The notes below the pieces were generated by a model. That model ran no database searches and had not been told where the DNA came from. It saw only the letters and a program-made list of their open reading frames with translations. 64,000 bases of DNA from a virus (taxonomy: Duplodnaviria > Heunggongvirae > Uroviricota > Caudoviricetes), in the IMG/VR virus record IMGVR_UViG_3300029705_000054, positions 65,687 to 129,686 of that record; one strand, 5' to 3'. Shown here piece after piece: positions 56,274 to 64,000 of the stretch. How positions within the stretch are numbered: the first letter of the stretch is position 1; each line of letters starts with the position of its first letter. Position numbers and translations under genes: made by a program.

Positions 56274-57263
56274 TCATAATGACAATATCTCGATATTGTG
56301 AATAATATCATTAATACCATCAATTTTATATATTAAACTAACACTACCACTTTTACCTGTAGTGATTTCAACTTTAACAGAAGACTCATTCGATTCGATA
56401 ATCTGCGCCCTATGATTACTCAATACCCACGCGCCAGGCGCACTATTGCGCACCTTATATTCAACAATATCGTATGGATATACCTCAGTAGGACCTTCGA
56501 TTACGGGAGTTGTTACATCATTTCCCTTTAAGGCATCAGCATTTTCTTCTTTAGCCTCGGGCGCAACCTCTTCCCAGACATTCGTATAGTCTTCTTTTAG
56601 ATAAACAGTCAAGATACCATCTGTTGATAAATCATCGACTGCTTGTACTTCAAATGGTCTTCCTTGAATTTTTACTTTTTTAAATCTATGAAAGAACTCA
56701 TTTGTTTCCTATATATTAGAAATATAAATTTCTACAGTATAATTTAAATCGTTAAAAATAAAATTCTTAGTTTTTTGCCAATCGATACCTTTTTCATCAG
56801 GGCCTTTAAGATATACTCGACGACGATGTTTATTACCATTATCATCTTCCCATTCTACTTCGGCATCACATTGGCGCATCAAGCCTCTAAAATAAGCAGT
56901 TTCTTGGAGATACTGTGAATATACTAACCAATAGGTTCCATTCTCTTTCCATTGAATAAGACTTCCACTTTTAACTCCAATAATCTCTTTTCCTTCAGAA
57001 GTTTTTTCTCCTTCTGGCCTTTCTTTATTTAAACAAATATCTTCAAATGGAATAGATAACATTTTATCATCTGCTTCCATACTAATTTTATTTGGATTAA
57101 TAAGACATCTAAATTCGCGCCCATCTTCAAGGATTGCAGTAGCTGACTAATAAGAATATAATAAAGCTTTATTCAAACTTCTTTTCTTATCTTCCGTCAT
57201 TCGATCAATCTACTTGGCGCCGCCATGATATTGTAATCTTGTTTTTAAATTATTTAAAGACAT
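56274..57263 (-). CDS. putative head-closure/neck protein (3 TAG)
   Basis: ALLYSY*SAT; joins ORFs 56709-57080 and 56274-56612; Ig-like C-terminus. Confidence 0.6.
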
Positions 57264-57565
57264 TGTTGTAATTCACTTAAAATACTCAGACACTCAAAAA
57301 TGATTCCACGATAAGTCATAAAATCTTCTTCAGAATCAAGAGTAAATAGTCCTTCTAATTTACAAAGTAATTTATATAGATTAGGCTATTGATCGAGAAA
57401 TAACCTATTCATACCCTAAAGCTCTTCCATAATTGTGATTAAAGGTTTGCGCCAATCGCTCCCTTCTTCACGCAATGGGAGAAGCTTATATATCTAATTA
57501 GTTAATCGAGTAAAACTAATTTTTATTGCTTCTTTACCTATATTATAATCATACTTTAAAAGCAT
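57254..57565 (-). CDS. small neck-region protein (3 TAG; not in ORF track)
   Basis: RLTN*IYKLLPLREEGSDWRKPL; RBS AAGGAGG; ends TAA. Confidence 0.65.
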
Positions 57566-57567
57566 AT

Positions 57568-58044
57568 TTAGTCCTCCTTAAAAGAAGATTCCATAATACT
57601 TCCAAAAGTAGATTTCATAATACCTTTACTATCTGCTTTTCTCCGTTTATAAAGTCTTTGCAAATGGAATCCTTTTCTTTCATATTCCTTTTGCATATCT
57701 TTAAGCTTGTGCATATGATTAGCTTGAGAAGTAAATTTAAAATCACTTCCACTATACTTCATACGAATCAATTCAATATTAGCCAATTGATATCCAATCC
57801 ATTCGACTATCATATATATAGCAAGAATATTAATTTCTTCATCACTTAATGAAGCATTAAATACTTCATTTGTTTTATCGTTTAAATTAACCCTAGGAAA
57901 TTCAAACCACGGTATTGCGCTATCAAGAAGCTCATTCAATGCTGCGGCGGTTTCTTCTGGAGTAATTTCCATATACATATCGTCAGTTATTTTCGATAAA
58001 AATCTATCATGCACTACGGAAAAAGGTGTTGATGTTACTGGCAT
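57568..58044 (-). CDS. putative head-tail adaptor
   Basis: Lies after the capsid genes; TPFSVVHDRFLSKITD...DFKFTSQANH; no TAG. Confidence 0.55.
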   Translation of the reverse strand: MPVTSTPFSVVHDRFLSKITDDMYMEITPEETAAALNELLDSAIPWFEFPRVNLNDKTNEVFNASLSDEEINILAIYMIVEWIGYQLANIELIRMKYSGSDFKFTSQANHMHKLKDMQKEYERKGFHLQRLYKRRKADSKGIMKSTFGSIMESSFKED

Positions 58045-58062
58045 ACGAACACCTCCTTAATA

Positions 58063-58641
58063 TTACTTTACAATAGTGTATTTATTGGGCATAGCCGTTC
58101 TGCGCACAGGCGCTTGAGTTGTTTCTTCAGTCTCTGCTTCACCGATTGGCGCCGCACGTCTGGTCTTAGTTTCAACTTTAGTTTCCTTTTGCGCTTCATG
58201 TCTAAGCTCAATTGCTTTAGTTACATTAAAATTAGTAGCTTCAAAAATTGCAGTTCTTTTCTTCATGTCGTTAAGTTCTGTAAGAACAGCCTCTTCTTTA
58301 ATTAGATCAATAACACCCTCAGGCGCAAAATCTAATGCATCTTTAAGTTGATCTAAAGTGCCTTTTTCAAGAAGAAAAAGAACATCATTTTTATCATAAA
58401 AATACTCAGGTTCTGCATCTGGAATTAGTTCTTCAACAGCTTCTTTACTATGCAGAATCAAATCACTAGCTATTAGATTATAAGTACCTGGGATTTGTAC
58501 TGCTTGACGCAATTCGCCCATAGGAATTTCTTTTGTTTCTTTTGGCTCAAAACGTCTAATAACCTTAGATTCTGGTACTCTGTAACAAACAATCGCATTT
58601 GCGCGATTTTCTACTCTGATTTTATCAGTATTATTTAACAT
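58063..58641 (-). CDS. head-associated hypothetical protein
   Basis: RBS AAAGGAG before ATG 58641; no TAG. Confidence 0.6.
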   Translation of the reverse strand: MLNNTDKIRVENRANAIVCYRVPESKVIRRFEPKETKEIPMGELRQAVQIPGTYNLIASDLILHSKEAVEELIPDAEPEYFYDKNDVLFLLEKGTLDQLKDALDFAPEGVIDLIKEEAVLTELNDMKKRTAIFEATNFNVTKAIELRHEAQKETKVETKTRRAAPIGEAETEETTQAPVRRTAMPNKYTIVK

Positions 58642-58676
58642 AATTATATCTCCTTTTATCTCCATTTAGAATTTAA

Positions 58677-58710
58677 GAGGGAAGGAAGACCCACCTTCTT
58701 CTCTTCCCTC
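58677..58710 (-). terminator. hairpin after the major capsid gene
   Basis: GAGGGAAG...CTTCCCTC stem. Confidence 0.5.
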
Positions 58711-58727
58711 TGAAAGTTCAAGTTTAA

Positions 58728-59780
58728 TTATCTGGTTTTCTTAAGAGATCTGTTCTTATAAACACAGATATCATTGTTGATCATAGCCGCAACGCCAACC
58801 TTCTTATAGAAGTGGATGCTCTTAGACCAGTCTTCATTATCTTCTTCTTTAATCATTGTATCACCTTCGAAAGCGATCTTGATTGGCTTCTCAGCGCCGC
58901 CAGGAATAATCCAAGCATATGAAGGATCGATAACCTTTTCAGTATTTGTTTCATCAACAAAAGATTGACGAAGAACGATGACTTGATGGTTCTTGTAGTT
59001 TGCAAGACGACCATTTCTCCAGTACTCATCCTTCATACTATCAGACATTCTTCCTTGATCCCAAGCATTGTCAGGAAGCATTTGAGAAGCAAACTCAAAT
59101 GTACAATAAATCGTCGATCTACCGTTTCCATAAGTGTCCGCAACTGCAAGAAGAGCGTCCATTTCAGCCTCAACGAAGCTATCAGCAAGAACCTTGTTAG
59201 CATCTTGAATATTCTCAACAGCAGCGATAAGAACATTTGCGATTTCAGCATAGATCTTATCATCCATACCTTCCATAACAATATCAAGAACTGTAGCCAT
59301 ATCAATTCTACCATCAAGGAATTCCTCAATAGCGATCTGACATGCTGCACCCATTGCAGAAGTCTTTACTTCGTAGCTACGTCCATCAAGCTTAAAGACC
59401 TCATAACGACCAGCAAGACCTGCAGGCATTGCAATAAACTGCTTTGCACGTCTCTTGGAAGCCTCGGTAATTCTCTGAACGAATACAGGCTTTTCGCCTT
59501 GACGATATGTCTTAACTTCAGCAAATGCGCCATATTGTTGCATTACTTTAGCAGGAAGCTTATCAGTGATAATTTCCTCCATAAGAGTATAAACTGTATT
59601 ATGGTTCTCTCTCCAAAGAGCATATGTACCAATAAGATCCTTAAGCTCTGCACGGAAAGCATTATTTAAATCTGCATAGCTATAACTCTTATCCTCAAAA
59701 GAATAAGCAACGGGAGCAGAAGGATTAGCGTCAGCAACGCGGTGACCTAATGTAAATAAACTATTTCTATCTAATGCCAT
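58728..59780 (-). CDS. major capsid protein
   Basis: 350 aa after scaffold and decoration genes; HK97-like layout (FAEVKTYRQGEKPVF...YKKVGVAA); no TAG. Confidence 0.75.
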   Translation of the reverse strand: MALDRNSLFTLGHRVADANPSAPVAYSFEDKSYSYADLNNAFRAELKDLIGTYALWRENHNTVYTLMEEIITDKLPAKVMQQYGAFAEVKTYRQGEKPVFVQRITEASKRRAKQFIAMPAGLAGRYEVFKLDGRSYEVKTSAMGAACQIAIEEFLDGRIDMATVLDIVMEGMDDKIYAEIANVLIAAVENIQDANKVLADSFVEAEMDALLAVADTYGNGRSTIYCTFEFASQMLPDNAWDQGRMSDSMKDEYWRNGRLANYKNHQVIVLRQSFVDETNTEKVIDPSYAWIIPGGAEKPIKIAFEGDTMIKEEDNEDWSKSIHFYKKVGVAAMINNDICVYKNRSLKKTR

Positions 59781-59798
59781 TACTATATCCCTCCCTTA

Positions 59799-60323
59799 TT
59801 ATTTAATACGCATAACCTTGACGCCCTATTGGCCATCAGGCATTGTGTAAACTTTTACAACTTGGAATACAATATCGCTAGTTCCATTAGTAGAAAGGAA
59901 ACCTTTAGCATTGATCTTGAGCTCAGTGCCAACCTCAATTTCCTCTGTGCCAGTGAAAGTAGCTTTGCCAGAGGTATTAGCGTCCTCAAGGCAGTTTGTT
60001 GTGTAAATGTCGCCAGGCATAGTCTTTAAAACTCTAGGCGCCATAACACCATTATTATAATTATCTTTAATAAGAGCAAAATCTTTGTAAGACTCTCTCC
60101 AGAAGTCATCATAAAGCTTGACTTCATTCATAACGAGCATCCACTCGCCTTCGCCAGTAAAGTTAACTTCATTCTTTGCATAGTCATATTTTACAAACTG
60201 ACCATTTTCAAGGATTGCAATATCCTTATTGCAAGGAAGAGAAGCGTAAACTTGACCATTTCTTTGAGCGGAAAGATGATTAGGCTCGACTTGACCAAAT
60301 CCAACACGCTTAATAGTAGCCAT
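59799..60323 (-). CDS. putative capsid decoration/stabilising protein (1 TAG near C-terminus)
   Basis: GFGQVEPNHLSAQRNGQVYASLP; PDGQ*GVKVMRIK then TAA. Confidence 0.6.
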
Positions 60324-60343
60324 GTTATATGTCCTCCTTAAAA

Positions 60344-61705
60344 TTATTTATTTTTTGCATTTTCAACTGCTTGTAACCAAGCAGGCATTGAAGCACCAGG
60401 GTTGGACATATTAAATGTCACAGGTGGTTGCTCTACTTTATTATTATTTTTAGAGTTATCCTCTAATTCAAAATTGACCTTTTTTCTGAAACAAATTACA
60501 GAAAGTTTTTCTTCAATTTCTTCTACAGTGTAATTAGCTTTATTAAATAAGACCTCTGCCTTATCTTCATCGCTAAGCATATAGAATTTTCCAATCATTT
60601 CGTCTTTCTTTGCATCGTCACTTTGTCTTTTAAATTCAACAAGTTCTAGGTGCTCAGCTGAAAGGGTATTATACTGAGATTGAAGTAGCGCATACTGTTC
60701 TGCAAGCGCAGAGTGTGCAGTTCTTTCTTCCTCAAGTTCCTGCTGAAGTGCAGTAAACTGCTCTTCTATTGAAGGCGCGGGCGCCGGTTCAGGATCTACA
60801 GGAGCAGGGTCTTCAGGATTTACGACAGGTTCTGCCGCAGGCTCTTCAACCACTGCAGGTGTATCAACAGCTGGCTCTTGTGATGCAGCAAAAGAAGGTT
60901 CTACTGGAGTTTCAGGCTCGATAATAGGTTCCGCAGCAGGTTCTGCCGCAGGCGCTACAATAGGCTCTTCAACTACAGCATTATCGACGATAGCGTCTAT
61001 CATTTGCTGACCTCCTCCTAATGCAGTCTTTAAATCCTGCATCATAGTAAATAATGTTTGTCTGAAAGTATCATCTACTTTCGTAAAAGACGCACTAACA
61101 TTTGGTGCTTTTATGCTTGAGCCTTCAAAACAAGGTTCAACATCGTCGCCCAAAATGCAAAGTTTTGAAAAAATTGCGTCATTTATAATAAAGAAATCCA
61201 TGCCTTTGGTATTTGTTTCCCAATGTCCTTTAACGGTTGCTTCATCTAATTCCATCGAGTGCGGCTTGCCATCGCCCTCAACAGCAGATTTACATTCCTC
61301 AAATTGGCCAGTCCACAAATATCCTGTAGTCATAAGATATTCTCTCAAAATAGTTTCTCCAAAGTCATTAGTATCTTCAAATTCTTTAAACCATACCTTT
61401 GCATCTGGAGCTACAAAACCATAAGGAACAGTTTTGCAATTAAATTTAATCCCATCGTTATCAATAATAACTTCTTGTCCGTGGTCTCTAAAGTCTCCAA
61501 TGTCTTCTTTATAATAACCTACAATAGGCGCACCTCGTAATGTCTTAGCCATTTCGGTTGCAACATCCTTGGTTATATATGACCTATTACGATTTTCGCC
61601 AACATACAAAACTTTAATTTCACATGCAGACATTAAAGGATTAATATCAAGTGGTTTTAAATTGATAAACTCAGGAGAGTTTATCGTAGCAACTGATTTG
61701 TGCAT
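60344..61705 (-). CDS. prohead protease/scaffold protein
   Basis: IKVLYVGENRN...GAPIVG...HSMEL...LCILG..VEPCF; Pro/Glu/Ala linker; coiled-coil C-terminus; no TAG. Confidence 0.75.
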   Translation of the reverse strand: MHKSVATINSPEFINLKPLDINPLMSACEIKVLYVGENRNRSYITKDVATEMAKTLRGAPIVGYYKEDIGDFRDHGQEVIIDNDGIKFNCKTVPYGFVAPDAKVWFKEFEDTNDFGETILREYLMTTGYLWTGQFEECKSAVEGDGKPHSMELDEATVKGHWETNTKGMDFFIINDAIFSKLCILGDDVEPCFEGSSIKAPNVSASFTKVDDTFRQTLFTMMQDLKTALGGGQQMIDAIVDNAVVEEPIVAPAAEPAAEPIIEPETPVEPSFAASQEPAVDTPAVVEEPAAEPVVNPEDPAPVDPEPAPAPSIEEQFTALQQELEEERTAHSALAEQYALLQSQYNTLSAEHLELVEFKRQSDDAKKDEMIGKFYMLSDEDKAEVLFNKANYTVEEIEEKLSVICFRKKVNFELEDNSKNNNKVEQPPVTFNMSNPGASMPAWLQAVENAKNK

Positions 61706-61722
61706 TTCCGTTTCTCCTCTCC

Positions 61723-63318
61723 TCAGCTCATGGCTTCGCGATTTTTAATTGTCTTTTCTGACTTTTGATCATCAGGCTTCTCTTGGCGCCCGACTTTTTT
61801 CTTTTCAACAACAACTTCTTCCTGTTTATTTGCAGGATTAGTAGTTTTGTTATTATCTGTTTTCATTTTTGCTTTTGCCTCTTCCCTCTACTATTTCGAT
61901 TGGAAAAGGTTAGATACATCAAGAATTTCATTTTCAAATTTCGCTGTGGCTATTACTGAAGCATAAGATTGCCCAAGTGCAACACTTGCAAGAACCTTAG
62001 AACAACCTCCTTGCGCGCTTTGCTCTCTATAAATTTTTGACATATCTTTATAATTATAAATTGTAGTTGGTAATATTTGAACTTTATAATACAATTTTTT
62101 ATTTTTCTTATCTTCAATAAGCTAATTCAAAAATGATTGAAACTAAAGAATAAGATTATATAAATTAGCTTCGTCATCAAGAATACTTTTTTCAAGAGCA
62201 ATATTACCATCAGTATTAAATAAATTCTATGCCGTACCTGACTCATTATACACGGTTCTTTCAACCTTTTCTAATTCATCAATAGTAGTAGCAGTATTTT
62301 TATCAGCCATGTCAGCGACTTCTACATCTGCAAAAGTCGTTAATACATCAATACCAATAGCCTTGCCCAACATTTTAACTGCATTATTGTGAAGCTCTTG
62401 TGCTTCCTCAACATCAAATATTAAATCACCATTTTTGTCTAATGGCATTTTCTAAATAATAATTTTTAGAAGTTTTTGCGCCATTTTCTTTCTATCCAAC
62501 TCTTGCGCAGCATCCAAATCAATAATATGTGGAATAACTGAAATAAAAGGAGGATAATCTTCGCCATTAATATTAAACTTAATAGCACATTCTGGATCAA
62601 GTAGATACCATCCCGCAGTATCCCCCGGCTCAACAGGTGGCAGCTTTCCATTTATAAAAGCAGTATAACCTTTTTGAAAGTCCTTAGGGAACATTTTCAA
62701 CACTTGAATACGATAATCTTCATCTCTATAATAGTCATTAAAGAATTTCATATTAAATTCAACCGCCGGGCGCCCTTTGACACTAAAGCGGCTGCGGCAA
62801 TACTTTGGTAATAGCTCCTAAAGGTAAGCGCCATTGTCTGTTTTTATAATATATCCATAATAGCATCCATTACGCAATACTTTCAAAGCTATATCGCCTA
62901 AATTCTCTTTTACTCCAAAATTATCTAAATACTCATTCCATTTATTAAAGCCATCAATAACCTTTTCTGGAGTAGCATTTTTAACATAAGGAGTAATAAA
63001 CCAATCATATCTATAAAAATTAGCTAAGTGTTTACATAGTCTTGAATAGATACCACTTATTTTAAAATAAAAATTAGATGCTTCACGCATAAATTCTATA
63101 TCTCCAGTTACAATTGCCTTCTAAATCCTTTCTTTTGTCATATTAGGATTTAGTTTTTTATATGCTCCTAGATTTATAACTGCATCATCAAGCGCCTTAA
63201 TTCCTATTTTTATTCGTGAATAATCTAATTCAGGAATTACATTCCCTTCTGTTGGGATACTTCTTGGGGTGCTCATGTTAAAGCCTTTTTTATGAATTTG
63301 CTCTATTCTTTCGTCCAA
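61723..63318 (-). CDS. portal protein (531 aa, 8 TAG)
   Basis: Hand translation joins five track ORFs through 8 TAG (63121, 62818, 62452, 62227, two at ~62120-62145, 61891, 61888) to TGA; between terminase and protease; tail GRQEKPDDQKSEKTIKNREAMS. Confidence 0.8.
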
Positions 63319-63344
63319 ACTAAGCACCTCTTCTTTCTCTAAAT

Positions 63345-63373
63345 ATTATATTCAAAATTTTCAATCTTGTCAA
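63345..63373 (-). promoter_or_regulatory. consensus sigma-A promoter upstream of the portal gene
   Basis: TTGACA-N17-TATAAT on the minus strand. Confidence 0.8.
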
Positions 63374-63726
63374 TAGCCAGCGGCCTTAAAGATATAATCG
63401 TAGTTTATTCTTCCTTCATCATAATAAGGAATTAAAACCAAGGGAATATTATGTTTTTTACAATACTCCCTTTTTAACATATCGTAGTATTGCTATTGGC
63501 GCAATCCAGCCACTCCGCCAAATTTAGACTTAGGTTCATAATGTTGAATACCCTAATATTCAATTAAAAAATCAACCTCTCCATCATCGTCTAATACTGC
63601 AAAATCAAATCTTAAAGGGGTTTTAGTATAACCAACAAGATCGGAAAATGAATACTCTTCTGTAAAAGAGACGCCAGCCTCGGTTAAAATATCACAAATT
63701 TTAATTTCGCCTCGACTTGCTTTCAT
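63370..63726 (-). CDS. Vsr/DUF559-like PD-(D/E)xK endonuclease (2 TAG; not in ORF track)
   Basis: MKASRGEIKI...LRFDFAV...LIEY*GIQHY...KREYCKKHNIPLVLIPY. Confidence 0.8.
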
Positions 63727-63750
63727 ATCTCTTCACTCCTTTACTATTGT

Positions 63751-63790
63751 TATATAAAAATTATAAGTTATAATTTATTTAAAATTGTCC
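63751..63790 (-). promoter_or_regulatory. bipartite phage promoter-like motif
   Basis: GGACAA-N28-TATATA. Confidence 0.55.
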
Positions 63791-63799
63791 TAATTTTTA

Positions 63800-64000
63800 T
63801 CAAGAGAAGAACATCATCTCTGATATATTTCTCTTTTTACGTTTTCGACTACGGTCTTCTTCTTGCTTAATATAATATAATCCATATTCAAAAGCAGAAA
63901 ACTTATCTTTTGGAATCCCGCGAGATGATTGCTTAAGAATAATATTTGTACCTTCGTTATCTTCTACAAGATTCAAAAGCTACTCACGCAAAATTGTAGT
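63800..64000 (-). CDS. terminase large subunit, C-terminal fragment (1 TAG)
   Basis: TTILRE*LLNL...IPKDKFSAFEYGLYYI, nuclease-domain-like end; directly upstream of the portal operon. Confidence 0.7.

Noticed and set aside
60780-60970. Short GCAGGTTCTGCCGCAGG-like repeats as a regulatory or mobile repeat
   Set aside because: They encode the AAEP/PEA-rich linker of the scaffold protein.
28530-63318. Fragmented minus-strand ORFs as pseudogenes or a decayed prophage
   Set aside because: All breaks I examined are TAG in one frame, with no frameshift or TAA/TGA, and conserved motifs continue across them.
2-64000. TGA recoding, or TAG as pyrrolysine
   Set aside because: TGA ends many genes, often in ATGA overlaps; TAG sits at conserved Gln positions and in Gln-rich tracts, and no pyl genes are seen.
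1-64000. tRNA (including an amber suppressor), rRNA or CRISPR array
   Set aside because: No cloverleaf/T-loop signature or regularly spaced repeats found by eye; tRNAscan-SE on the full genome would be decisive.

Overview
64 kb segment of a large tailed dsDNA phage, probably a long-tailed siphovirus of a low-GC Firmicute (Bacillota). The host call rests on AGGAG/GGAGG ribosome-binding sites, TTGACA-N17-TATAAT promoters and a replication/virion gene set resembling Bacillus SPbeta-like phages. The + strand (1-24.05 kb) carries DnaB-like helicase, primase, RecJ, a RecD/Dda-like helicase, DNA Pol III alpha, a guanylate kinase-like protein, NrdH/NrdD (with intein)/NrdG, dUTPase, RuvC, a NADAR protein and four free-standing endonucleases. 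The - strand (24.07-64 kb) carries the terminase C-terminus, portal, protease/scaffold, capsid, neck and tail genes, a ~3,140-aa tape measure protein, fibres, a holin-like gene and a six-gene Cys-rich/BclA-like module interrupted by a group I intron. The phage reads TAG as Gln (translation table 15): the fragmented ORF track joins into full-length genes, TAG falls on conserved Gln positions, and every gene end I checked is TAA or TGA. Main leads are the gene-class bias of TAG use, strong GCGC/GGCGCC over-representation, a bipartite promoter-like motif with 28-nt spacing, and the spore-coat-like module. The longest read-through ORFs were checked by frame consistency and spot translation, not codon by codon.
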